Positions 19,068 to 28,222 of a DNA stretch of 64,000 nucleotides are shown one piece after another; position 1 is the stretch's first letter; each line of letters starts with the position of its first letter. Origin of the DNA: Rhodobacterales bacterium (GTDB lineage Bacteria > Pseudomonadota > Alphaproteobacteria > Rhodobacterales > CAZPXZ01); NCBI GenBank assembly GCA_965217995.1, contig CBDCKB010000004.1:323788-387787 (forward strand), given 5' to 3'. The position numbers and the translations under genes are program-made. The notes under the pieces are model-generated. The model made no database searches, was not told where the DNA came from, and saw nothing but the letters and a program-made list of their open reading frames with translations.

Positions 19068-19548
19068 CCGGTCACCTTCAGCCTTGCAACCTGTCCGTTC
19101 GCACGAGAATGCACCTGATTTTCGTCCATGCCATGCACCCCGGTCAGTCTACCTTTCCTGCCAGTATTGCGCCCGTCGCGGCTGCGGATGCCCGTGGCAG
19201 GGCGGTGGCCAAGAACGGGGAGAACGCTCGGGGCAATGAAATTGGACCGACGCCCAGACCGATGTGCATGTGGTCGGCAGTGCCGCCTGAAGCGGTATGG
19301 ATGCACCGGAACTGGCCCCCTTCGAAAACTGCGCTATGGCCAAAACGCTCCAGGCATAGATCGGCGAATTCTGGTGCGTCTGCGGAAATTCCACCGGCAA
19401 CGGTACTAAGGTAACCTAAGATAGCCCCGGACGAGAAGAAAACTGATCATGCTCGGTCATTGGCCAGCACATGCTCGTTACCACCTAATAGAATTGTCAC
19501 CAAAAATACACCAATTCTGACTTCCAGATAGGTGTTTACCTTTCTCAC

Positions 19549-21651
19549 GTGCTATATTACGCTCTGGTGTTTCTATACTCTCATTGCATTGATGAAAGGC
19601 AGGATCTCGTGCGATATCTTCAGCAGATTATCTCCTTTGCAGCTCGCATTTTTTCGCCGAAATCGGTCATTGTCGATCGTGACACAAATTTTGAAACCGA
19701 GTTGGATGCATATAAGCAAGGCCGCTACGAAGTAGCCAAAAATATATGGAAAGCAGTCGCTGAGCAAGGACATGCTAGAGCCCAATTTCAATTGGGGATG
19801 ATGTACCACAACGGTAAAGGTGCACCCCAAAACTACAAAGAGGCCGCAAAATGGTACCAAAAAGCGGCCGAGCAAGGGAACCCAAAAGCGCAAAACAACC
19901 TAGGACTAATGTACGGTAGCGGCGAAGGCGTTCCCAAAAATTGCACAGAAGCCAAAGAGTGGCTTCTAAAAGCGGCCGAGCAAGGGAACCCTGAAGCTCA
20001 ATATAACCTAGGGACGATGTACCGCAACGGTGAAGGTATACCCACAAACTACAAAGAAGCCAAAAAATGGTACCAAAAAGCGGCTGAACAAGGAATCGCA
20101 AACGCTCAATATAACTTGGGAGTGATGTACACAAACGGAAAAGGCGTACCCCAAAACTGTACAAAAGCTGCAGAATGGTACCGAAAAGCGGCCGAGCAAG
20201 GAGATTCATCAGCTCAATATAACTTGGGGCTGGTGTATCACAGAGGTGAAGGCATACCCCAAAACTACCTAGAAGCCGAAAAATGGTATCGAAAAGCGAT
20301 CGAACAAGGGCACATAAAAGCTCAAAACAACCTGGGAGTGATGTACAAAAACGGTGAAGGTGTAACTCAAAACTACGCAATGGCCGAAAAATGGTACCGA
20401 AAAGCGGCCGAGCAAGGGCTCGCAGGAGCTCAATTTAACCTAGGATTGATATACACAAGTGGTGAAAGCGTAACTCCAAACCACACAGAAGCCGCAACAT
20501 GGTTCCAAAAAGCGGCCAAACAAGGGCACATAAAAGCCCAAAACAACCTAGGAGTAATGCACAACAACGGTGAAGGCGTAACTCAAAACTACGCAGAAGC
20601 CGAAGCGTGGTTTCTAAAAGCCGTCAAGCAAGGACTTGCAGAAGCTCAAAACAACCTGGGGATGATGTACAAAAACGGCGAAGGTGTGGCCCAAAACCAC
20701 GCAGACGCCGAAGCGTGGCTTTTAAAAGCAGCCGAGCAAGGACTTGCAGAAGCTCAAAACAACCTGGGGATGATGTGCAAAAACGGCGAAGGTGTGACCC
20801 AAAGCCACGCAAACGCCGAAGTGTGGTTTCTAAAAGCGGCCGAGCAAGGATTCGCAGAAGCTCAAAGCAACCTAGGGATGATGTACAAAAACGGTGAAGG
20901 TGTGACCCAAAGCCACGCAGACGCCGTAGAATGGATCCGAAAAGCGGCCGAGCAAGGATTCGCAGAAGCTCAAAGCAACCTAGGGATGATGTACAAAAAC
21001 GGTGAAGGTGTGACCCAAAGCCACGCAGACGCCGTAGAATGGATCCGAAAAGCGGCCGAGCAAGGGTTCGCAGAAGCTCAAAGCAACCTAGGGATGATGT
21101 ACAAAAACGGTGAAGGTGTGACCCAAAGCCACGCAGACGCCGTAGAATGGATCCGAAAAGCAGCCGATCAAGGACTCGCAGAAGCTCAATTTAACTTGGG
21201 ACGGATGTACGAAGACGGTGACGGCGTACCCAGAAACTACATCAAAGCCGCATCATGGTACCAAAAAGCGGCCGAGCAAAGGCATACAGAAGCTCAATTT
21301 CTATTATCACATATATATGCCAAACACCACGTTGTGCTGAAGGCCAAGCACCGCGCTGTGCGCGCTTTATCCCCACTACTTTGGATAGGCGGTATAATCG
21401 GCACTCAAGTTGTATTAAGATATATGAAAAAACCCCCTAAATTCCTTCAAAATCAATTATCTATGTATGCCAAGGGCCATAACCCTAGAAACTACATACG
21501 CGCCTATGCGTGGTGCAATCTCGCGGCCGCTGACAACTACGAAGATGCAAAAATACGCCTGTCAAAAATGGAAAAACGCATGACATCTGCCCAGATTGAA
21601 AAAGGCCAGGAGTCTAGCGAAGAAATGCTCACGCAAACCTCGCGTAAATAA
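19549..21651 (+). CDS. Sel1-repeat (SLR/TPR-like) protein, about 16 repeats
   Basis: It has reiterated 36-aa units of the form AQxNLGxMYxNGEGVxQNYxEAxKWYxKAAEQG. The track start is GTG 19549. The position homologous to the starts of the paralogs is GTG 19609 (RYLQQI...). Confidence 0.85.
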   Translation: MLYYALVFLYSHCIDERQDLVRYLQQIISFAARIFSPKSVIVDRDTNFETELDAYKQGRYEVAKNIWKAVAEQGHARAQFQLGMMYHNGKGAPQNYKEAAKWYQKAAEQGNPKAQNNLGLMYGSGEGVPKNCTEAKEWLLKAAEQGNPEAQYNLGTMYRNGEGIPTNYKEAKKWYQKAAEQGIANAQYNLGVMYTNGKGVPQNCTKAAEWYRKAAEQGDSSAQYNLGLVYHRGEGIPQNYLEAEKWYRKAIEQGHIKAQNNLGVMYKNGEGVTQNYAMAEKWYRKAAEQGLAGAQFNLGLIYTSGESVTPNHTEAATWFQKAAKQGHIKAQNNLGVMHNNGEGVTQNYAEAEAWFLKAVKQGLAEAQNNLGMMYKNGEGVAQNHADAEAWLLKAAEQGLAEAQNNLGMMCKNGEGVTQSHANAEVWFLKAAEQGFAEAQSNLGMMYKNGEGVTQSHADAVEWIRKAAEQGFAEAQSNLGMMYKNGEGVTQSHADAVEWIRKAAEQGFAEAQSNLGMMYKNGEGVTQSHADAVEWIRKAADQGLAEAQFNLGRMYEDGDGVPRNYIKAASWYQKAAEQRHTEAQFLLSHIYAKHHVVLKAKHRAVRALSPLLWIGGIIGTQVVLRYMKKPPKFLQNQLSMYAKGHNPRNYIRAYAWCNLAAADNYEDAKIRLSKMEKRMTSAQIEKGQESSEEMLTQTSRK
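20857..21180 (+). repeat. Three near-identical tandem 108-bp units (one Sel1 repeat each) inside the Sel1 gene
   Basis: Unit starts are at 20857, 20965 and 21073. The encoded peptide EAQSNLGMMYKNGEGVTQSHADAVEWIRKAAEQGFA appears three times. More diverged copies lie upstream from about 20590. Confidence 0.9.
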
Positions 21652-21859
21652 TTATAGCCGCTTGATTTCAAATTTGATTGCATGCAGTCATTCCTATTAT
21701 TACCCCGCCCGCTTTTGCACCCCCACATCCAAGCGAAGCATATTTCGATAGACTCAGCCGCATTTCATATTCCTACGCGTGGAAATCCATCAAATTGCCC
21801 CATCCAGGGCCAATCGCCTGACGGGTGTCTGTTTTTCAGAACTGCTGTAAGCTCAGTGC

Positions 21860-22051
21860 CTATTGTGGCATCTGCCACAAGGTCCGGACCATTTCCCGCC
21901 TACCGAGTTCCGTCGGTGCCCGCGCTTCCCTGATCGTGACCTCGACACCGGAGACAACACCGGCCTTCACAAATGCACCACCCAGCGCGAGCGACCCGAA
22001 ATCCACGAGAGCCCCCACCCCGTCAAAACCCGTGACCTGAAACCGCCCCAT
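21860..22051 (-). pseudogene. phnX 5' fragment (copy A)
   Basis: It encodes MGRFQVTGFDGVGALVDFGSLALGGAFVKAGVVSGVEVTIREARAP..., alignable to PhnX residues 1-63, and then ends. Confidence 0.7.
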
Positions 22052-22098
22052 CTTTCCCTTCTGGATCTCCGCGACCCGCCCGTCATCGCAGAGTTCAC

Positions 22099-22112
22099 TT
22101 GACCATTGTCAA
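22099..22112 (+). promoter_or_regulatory. FNR/Dnr/NnrR-type box TTGACCATTGTCAA (copy A)
   Basis: A perfect TTGAC-N4-GTCAA dyad centred about 80 bp upstream of the nosR-like ATG. It is identical in all three module copies. Confidence 0.5.
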
Positions 22113-22184
22113 TGCCCTGCGGCCCGGCCCACCTACCGTCTCTGTTGGTGTTGCACCCGAAAGCCGGCCGCAAATGGAACTCCG

Positions 22185-23042
22185 ATGCCTGTGATGTCCG
22201 ACATCCTGCGCCGTTCCGCCTGGTGCGCTGCCGCGCTGGCAGCCTGCATCGGCCTTGCCGCCAGCTCCGCCCCCGCCCAGCCAACCGGCCTCAACGCCTC
22301 CTAGCTTGCCCGCTACCTGCCGGAGGTCGAACCCGGCGAGCTGGTCCCCGAAGCCGATGCCTATGGCGCCATCCGCGAGGATCTGCCGGTCGCACCGGTC
22401 CTGCGCGGTGGCAGGATCATCGCCTGGGCGTTCCTCACCTCCGATCTCGTCGGCACGGTCGGCTATTCGGGCAAGCCCATCCATGTACTTGCCGCCGTCA
22501 GTCCCGATGCCCGCCTGGCGGGTGCCCGGCTGGTCGGCCATTCCGAGCCCATTGTCCTGGTCGGTATTCCGGAATCGAAAATCCAAGCCCTAACCGCACG
22601 CTATACCGGCTTCGACCTAACCCAAGCGAATGCCGAACGCGAACCCGACATCATCTCCGGAGCGACCGTCACGGTCGTGGTGATCGACGATTCGATCCTG
22701 CGCTCCGGCATCCGGGTCGCCCGGCTACTCGGTCTCGGCGGCATGGCACCCGAAGCCGATGCGGAGAGCGGGCCGGGCTATCGGCTGGCTTCCGATTCCG
22801 GCGCGGTGGAAAGCTGGATGGATCTGCTCGGCGACGGATCCATCCGCCGTCTCCATCTCGATCTCGAGCAGATCAACTCGGCTTTCGCTACCTCCAGAGA
22901 TGCGCAGGCTGCGGCCCGGCCGGAACGGGGCGCGCCGGAAGAGACCTTCATCGACCTCTGTGCAACCCTAGTCACCGCCCCCGCCATCGGTCGCAGCCTT
23001 GTAAACCATCAAACACATATGGCACTCCCGACAGGCGGGTGA
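22185..23042 (+). pseudogene. NosR/NirI-like regulator, 5' fragment with a premature stop (copy A)
   Basis: It has a signal-like N-terminus (MPVMSDILRRSAWCAAALAACIG) and GYSGKPIHVLAAV...GHSEPIVLVGIPE...DIISGATVTV (FMN-binding domain). An in-frame TAG lies at 22302-22304. The fragment is truncated at about 23042, next to the IS remnant. Confidence 0.7.
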
Positions 23043-23099
23043 AAGGCGCAAGAAAAGGCTGAAGGCAGGAAGGAAGCGAGCTGTCCGTTCGGGACACGG

Positions 23100-23570
23100 G
23101 GGATGGACTGACCTTGTCGGGTAGGTCAGCTGACGGTCTGCTACCCGGTCTCGAGACTGACCGCTACCGAACTCGTCACCACCCCTTCGGTGCGCAACAT
23201 GCGGGCGGCCTTCGAGCGCATCCTCAAGACCTTCCCAGTCGTCATCCGAGGGACCAGACCGACACCGGCTCCGAGTTCCGCAGTGCCTTCAAGGAACTCC
23301 TCTAAGAGCGCGGTATGGCCATGCAGGTCATCCCGCCACGCAGTCCCAAACAGAATGGCTGCGTCGAGTGGCACCGGCGCACCTAGCGCAAAGGGCTCTA
23401 CGAAATCCCTCCATCGCAACCACCCTTGACGAGTACAGGCGAGATGCTCGGCACTTCGTGGTTCACCACAACCGTGTCCGGCCCCATGCCGTACTTGGCA
23501 AAAGGGCACCCATCGGGTATCTACGCGAACATCACGGAGAGAGCAGAGCCTCCGCCGCAACCTGACCGCC
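23100..23570 (+). mobile_element. Degenerate IS481/IS3-like transposase (rve integrase core) remnant
   Basis: Split across frames it reads ...TDTGSEFRSAFKELL / ERGMAMQVIPPRSPKQNGCVEW / DEYRRDARHFVVHHNRVRPHAVLGKRAPIGYL. This matches the TDNGxEF ... PxTNGxVER ... YNxxRPHxALG pattern but contains stops and frameshifts. Confidence 0.55.
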
Positions 23571-23640
23571 ACCGACCCCGGTGGAAAAACCAACGCCGAC
23601 AAGGCCCGCTAGGAATGCTAGATGTAGTGATTGCGTGCAG

Positions 23641-23709
23641 GGGATTGGCCTTGCTCGCATGCTATATTATACATCGGTTTCCGTTTGCACTGATGAAAGG
23701 CAATATCTC
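23641..23709 (+). promoter_or_regulatory. Conserved 5' leader of the Sel1 cassette (copy 2)
   Basis: gggattggccttgctcgcatgctatattatacatcggtttccgtttgcactgatgaaaggcaatatctc-ATG is shared with 26692-26759 and partly with 19546-19608. It contains a TATATT element and an aaagg SD-like element. Confidence 0.35.
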
Positions 23710-25497
23710 ATGCGATATTTTCAGATCATAGCCCTTGTGGCCTGCATTTTGCTTCCGGCATCGGCCCTTGCCGGTGATGATGCAGATTATGAGACCGGCT
23801 TAAATGCATATAAGCAAGGCCACTACAAAACAGCCAAGGATATATGGCAAGCAGTAGCCGGCAAGGGGCATGCCGGAGCTCAATTTCACCTAGGGGTGAT
23901 ATACGACAAAGGCGAAGGCGTGCCCCAAGACTATGCAGAAGCCGCAGCATGGTTCCAAAAGGCGGCCGAGCAAGGACACGCAGAAGCTCAAAATTACCTA
24001 GGTGCGATGTACCTCATAGGTCAAGGCGTGCCCCAAAACTATGCAAAAGCCACAGCATGGTTCCAAAAAGCGACCGAGCAAGGACACGCAGAAGCTCAAC
24101 TTAACCGCGGAATAATGTACCTCACAGGTCAAGGTATGCCCCAAGACTATGCAGAAGCCGCAGCATGGTTCCGAAAAGCGGCCGAGCAAGGGCAGCCACA
24201 AGCTCAACTTAACCTAGGGGTGAGGTACGAAAAAGGCGAAGGCGTACCCCAAGACTATGCAGAAGCCGCAGCATGGTACCGAAAAGCGGCCAAGCAAGGG
24301 CGCCCACAAGCTCAACTTAACCTAGGGATGAGGTACGAAAAAGGCGAAGGCGCACCCCAAGATTATGCAAAAGCCGTAGCATGGTACCGAAAAGCGGCCG
24401 AGCAAAGACACCCAAAATCTCAATTTTACCTAGGGCTGATGTACTACAAAGGCGACGGCGTACCCCAAAACTATGCAGAAGCCACAGCGTGGTTCCGAAA
24501 AGCGGCCGAGCAAGAATACTCAGAATCTCAATTTTACCTAGGGTTGATATACGACGAAGGCGAAGGCAGGCCCCAAGACTATGCAGAAGCCGCAGCATGG
24601 TACCGAAAAGCGGCCGAGCAAGGGCACCCACAATCTCAACTTAACCTAGGGCTGATGTACCACAACGGTAAAGGCGTGACCCAGGACCATACAGAAGCCG
24701 CAGCATGGTTCCGAAAAGCGGCCGAGCAAAGGCACCCACAAGCTCAACTTAACCTAGGGGTGATGTACGATAACGGCGAAGGCGTTCCCCAAAATTATGC
24801 AAAAGCCGCAGCATGGTTCCGAAAAGCGGCCGAGCAAGGAGATCCTGACGGTCAATTTAACTTAGGGGTGAGGTACGAAAAAGGCAAAGGCGTGACCCAA
24901 GATCACAAAGAAGCCACGGTATGGTACCAAAAAGCGGCCAAGCAAGGGAACCCTAACGGTCAACTTAACCTAGGGGTGATGTACTACTACGGTTACGGCA
25001 GGCCCCAAGACTATGCAGAAGCCGCAGCATGGTTCCGAAAAGCGGCCGAGCAAAGACACCCAAAATCTCAACTTTACCTAGGGGTGATGTACTGCAAAGG
25101 CGAAGGCGTGGCCCAAAGTTACATCAAAGCAGCAGAATGGCACCGAAAAGCGGCCGAACAAGGATATGCAGAAGCTCAATCTGAACTAGGGCTGATGTAC
25201 TACAACAGTAAAGGTGTGACCCAAAATTATATCAAAGCGGCAGAATGGTTCCAAAAAGCGGCAGGGCAAGGACATGCCAAAGCTCAATATCTCCTAGGAA
25301 CGGCGTACTACCACGGTGAAGGCGTACCCCAGAGCAACATCTCCGCATATGCGTGGTGCAATCTCGCTGCTGATCAAAACCACGAGCACGCAAAAGAATG
25401 CCGCTCAAGCATTCAGAAGCGCATGACACCTGCCCAGATTGCTGAGGGGAAAGTTCTTAGTGAAGAGCTTTTTCGACAAATCCTACGCGATAATTAA
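23710..25497 (+). CDS. Secreted Sel1-repeat protein (about 14 repeats)
   Basis: ATG at 23710. The signal peptide is MRYFQIIALVACILLPASALAG. SLR units follow, and the C-terminal module is AYAWCNLAADQNHEHAKECRSSIQKRMTPAQIAEG. Confidence 0.9.
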   Translation: MRYFQIIALVACILLPASALAGDDADYETGLNAYKQGHYKTAKDIWQAVAGKGHAGAQFHLGVIYDKGEGVPQDYAEAAAWFQKAAEQGHAEAQNYLGAMYLIGQGVPQNYAKATAWFQKATEQGHAEAQLNRGIMYLTGQGMPQDYAEAAAWFRKAAEQGQPQAQLNLGVRYEKGEGVPQDYAEAAAWYRKAAKQGRPQAQLNLGMRYEKGEGAPQDYAKAVAWYRKAAEQRHPKSQFYLGLMYYKGDGVPQNYAEATAWFRKAAEQEYSESQFYLGLIYDEGEGRPQDYAEAAAWYRKAAEQGHPQSQLNLGLMYHNGKGVTQDHTEAAAWFRKAAEQRHPQAQLNLGVMYDNGEGVPQNYAKAAAWFRKAAEQGDPDGQFNLGVRYEKGKGVTQDHKEATVWYQKAAKQGNPNGQLNLGVMYYYGYGRPQDYAEAAAWFRKAAEQRHPKSQLYLGVMYCKGEGVAQSYIKAAEWHRKAAEQGYAEAQSELGLMYYNSKGVTQNYIKAAEWFQKAAGQGHAKAQYLLGTAYYHGEGVPQSNISAYAWCNLAADQNHEHAKECRSSIQKRMTPAQIAEGKVLSEELFRQILRDN

Positions 25498-25704
25498 ACC
25501 ATCTGGTTACAGATTTTAATCGAGCTCAACCGATCCCATTGTTCTCCGCCCGCTTTTGTACATTTCGCCCAAGGCAGGTATATTTCGGTGAACCCAACCG
25601 CGTTTCACATTCCTATGTGTGGAAGTTTATTTGGTTGCCCCCGCCCAGAGTCCAGCCGACTGACGAGAATCTGCTTTTTTTTGAAATCGCTGTAAGACCG
25701 GTGC

Positions 25705-25896
25705 CCATTGTGGCACCTGCCGCAAAGTCCGGACCGGTTCCCGCCTGCCCATTCCCGTCGGTGCCCGCACTTCCCCGATTGTGACCTCGACGCCGGAGAC
25801 AACATCGGCCTTCACAAACGCACCGCCCAGCGCGAACGACTCGAAATCCACGAGAATCCCCGCCCCATCAAAACCCGCGATCTGAAACTGCCCCAT
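25705..25896 (-). pseudogene. phnX 5' fragment (copy B)
   Basis: MGQFQIAGFDGAGILVDFESFALGGAFVKADVVSGVEVTIGEVRAPTGMGRREP... is alignable to the PhnX N-terminus. Confidence 0.7.
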
Positions 25897-25942
25897 CCTT
25901 CCCTTCTGGATCTCCGCGACCCGCTGTCATCGCCGAATTCAC

Positions 25943-25956
25943 TTGACCATTGTCAA
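25943..25956 (+). promoter_or_regulatory. FNR/Dnr/NnrR-type box TTGACCATTGTCAA (copy B)
   Basis: Same 14-mer and flanks (ttcacTTGACCATTGTCAAtgcc) as copy A. Confidence 0.5.
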
Positions 25957-26028
25957 TGCCCTGCGGCCCGGCCTGTCTACCGTCCCTGTCGGTGTTGCGC
26001 CCGAAAGCCGGCCGCAAATGGAACTCCG

Positions 26029-26688
26029 ATGCCTGTGATGTCCGACATCCTGCGTCGTTCCGCCTGGTGCGCTGCCGCGCTGGCAGCCTGCATCGGTCTT
26101 ATCGCCAGCTCCGCCTCCGCCCAGCCAACCGGCCTCAACGCTTCCTGGCTTGCCCGCTACCTGCCGGAGGTCGAGCCCGGCGAGCTAGTCCCCGGGGCAG
26201 ATGCCTATGGCGCCATCCACGAGGACCTGCCGGTCGCGCCGGTGCTACGCGGTAGCAAGACCATCGCCTGAGCGTTCCTCACCTTCGATCTCGTCGGCAC
26301 CGTCGGCTATTCGGGCAAACCCATCCATGTGCTTGCCGCCGTCAGTCCCGATGCCCGCTTTGCGGGTGTCCAGCTGCTCGGCCATTCCGAGCCCATTGTC
26401 CTAGTCGGCATTCCGAAATCAAAAATCCAGGCCCTGACCGCACGCTATACTGGCTTCGACCTGACCCAAGCGAATGCCGAACGCGAACCCGACATCATCT
26501 CCGGAGCGACCGCCACGGTCGTGGTGATCGACGATTCGATCCTGCGCTCCGGCATCCGGGTCGCCCGGCTGCTCGGTCTCGGCGACATGGCACCCGAAGC
26601 CGATGCGGGAAGCGGACCGGGCTACCGACTGGCTCCCGATTCCAGCACGGCGGAAAGCTGGATGGATCTGCTCGGCGATAGATCCATC
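26029..26688 (+). pseudogene. NosR/NirI-like 5' fragment with a premature stop (copy B), truncated by the Sel1 cassette
   Basis: It has the same reading frame as copy A. A TGA at 26269-26271 replaces the Trp codon of copy A (atcgccTGAgcg versus atcgccTGGgcg). Homology ends at ...LLGDRSIQ, where the Sel1 leader begins. Confidence 0.7.
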
Positions 26689-26691
26689 CAA

Positions 26692-26759
26692 GGGGTTGGC
26701 CTTGCTCGCATGTTATATTATACTTTGGCTTCCGTTTGGTCGATGAAGGGTAGCGAATC
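26692..26759 (+). promoter_or_regulatory. Conserved 5' leader of the Sel1 cassette (copy 3)
   Basis: ggggttggccttgctcgcatgttatattatactttggcttccgtttggtcgatgaagggtagcgaatc-ATG. Confidence 0.35.
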
Positions 26760-27710
26760 ATGCGATATTTTCAAATTATAGCCCTTGCGGCTTGCATTTT
26801 GCTTCCGGCATCGGCCATTGCCGGTGATGATGCAGATTATGAGGTCGGCTTGGATGCATATGGGCAAGGCTACTACAACACAGCCAAGGATATATGGCAA
26901 CCAATAGCCGACAAGGGGCATGCCGGAGCTCAATTTCACTTGGGGGGGATGTACTACTACGGTTACGGTGTGCCCCAAGACTATGCACAAGCCGCAAAAT
27001 GGATCGGAAAAGCGGCCGAACAAGAGTTCGTAAAAGCTCAATATAGCCTGGGGCTGATGTACTACCACGGTTACGGTGTGCCCCAAGACTATGCAGAAGC
27101 CGCAAAATGGTACCGAAAAGCGGACGAGCAAGGGTCCGCAAAAGCTCAATATAGCCTAGGGGTGATGTACTCCGAAGGCGACGGCGTGCCCCAAGACTAT
27201 GCACAAGCCGTAGCATGGTACCGAAAAGCGGCCGAGCAAGGGTTCGCAAAAGCTCAATATAACCTGGGGGTGATGTCCTACCACGGTTACGGTGTGCCCC
27301 AAGACTATGCACAAGCCGCAAAATGGTACCGAAAAGCGGCCGGGCAGAAGCACGCAGAAGCTCAATATAGCCTGGGGGTGATATACGACTACGGTCGGGG
27401 CATGCCCCAAGACTATGCACAAGCCGCAAAATGGTACCGAAAAGCGGCCGAGCAAGGGTACGGGGAAGCACAACTGAACCTCGGATGGATGTACGCCACA
27501 GGTCGAGGCGTGCCCCCGAGCATCAAACACGCCTATGCGTGGTGTGATCTCGCTACTGCTTATAACTACAACCTCGCACAAGAATGCCATTCAGGCTTTC
27601 GGAAGCTCCTGACACCTGCCATCATTGCCGAAGGACAAGCTCTTAGTAAAAAGCTTTCGGAAGAAATTTCACGTAAACAATTAAAACCATCTGGTTTGAA
27701 ATTTGATTGA
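26760..27710 (+). CDS. Secreted Sel1-repeat protein (about 7 repeats)
   Basis: The signal peptide is MRYFQIIALAACILLPASAIAG. SLR units have the form AQYSLGxMYxxGxGVPQDYAQAAKWYRKAAEQG. The C-terminal AYAWCDLA module is shared with the paralogs. Confidence 0.9.
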   Translation: MRYFQIIALAACILLPASAIAGDDADYEVGLDAYGQGYYNTAKDIWQPIADKGHAGAQFHLGGMYYYGYGVPQDYAQAAKWIGKAAEQEFVKAQYSLGLMYYHGYGVPQDYAEAAKWYRKADEQGSAKAQYSLGVMYSEGDGVPQDYAQAVAWYRKAAEQGFAKAQYNLGVMSYHGYGVPQDYAQAAKWYRKAAGQKHAEAQYSLGVIYDYGRGMPQDYAQAAKWYRKAAEQGYGEAQLNLGWMYATGRGVPPSIKHAYAWCDLATAYNYNLAQECHSGFRKLLTPAIIAEGQALSKKLSEEISRKQLKPSGLKFD

Positions 27711-27879
27711 GTGCCGCCAACCCCACTACCTCTCCACCTGCTTTTGTACCCTGCACTCAAGGCAGGTATATTTCGGCGGACCCAACCGTGTTTCACATTC
27801 CTATGTGTGAAAATCCATTAAATTGCCCCCGTTTAGGTCCAATCGGCTGATGGGTGTCTATTTTTAAAGACTGCTATAA

Positions 27880-28080
27880 GATCGATGCTCGTTGTGGCGT
27901 CTACCTCAGAGCCCGAACCGCTGACCGCCTGCCCATTTCCGTCGGTGCCCGCACTGCCCCGATCGTGACCTCGATGCCATAAGCGGCAACGGCCTTTCAC
28001 AAATGCATTACCCGGCGCGAACGACCCGAAATCCACGACAGTCCCACCCCGTCAAATACCCTGACCTGAAACCGCCCCAT
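27880..28080 (-). pseudogene. phnX 5' fragment (copy C, most degraded)
   Basis: The DNA aligns to copies A and B (ccgtcggtgcccgcac...gtgacctcga...gaaatccacga). Translation needs frameshifts (MDFGSFAPGNAFVKG...). Confidence 0.5.
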
Positions 28081-28128
28081 TCCGTCCTCCATAGATCTCC
28101 GCGACCCGCCCGTCATCGCAGAATTCAC

Positions 28129-28142
28129 TTGACCATTGTCAA
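28129..28142 (+). promoter_or_regulatory. FNR/Dnr/NnrR-type box TTGACCATTGTCAA (copy C)
   Basis: Identical 14-mer. Confidence 0.5.
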
Positions 28143-28222
28143 TGCCTGCGGCCCGGCCCGTCTACCGTCCCTGTCGGTGTTGCGCCCGAAAGCCGGCCGC
28201 AAATGGAACTCCGAAGCCTGTG

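Noticed and set aside
19068-19420. Possible fourth intact phnX-nosR intergenic region and nosR start upstream of the real phnX
   Set aside because: Only faint DNA similarity to the module intergenic regions is visible. The TTGAC-N4-GTCAA box and the nosR-like ORF are absent, and the small ORFs on both strands look spurious.
20590-21180. Possible CRISPR array, because of regularly spaced near-identical repeats
   Set aside because: The repeats are contiguous 108-bp units with no unique spacers. They are in frame within a coding sequence that encodes Sel1 repeats.
19573-27590. Many alternative-frame and antisense ORFs inside the Sel1 genes with their own repeating peptide patterns (for example 19775..20380, 26776..27471, 24317..24631)
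   Set aside because: Their periodicity simply mirrors the 108-bp Sel1 DNA repeat read in other frames. The Sel1 frame has the signal peptide, the consensus repeats and the conserved C-terminus.
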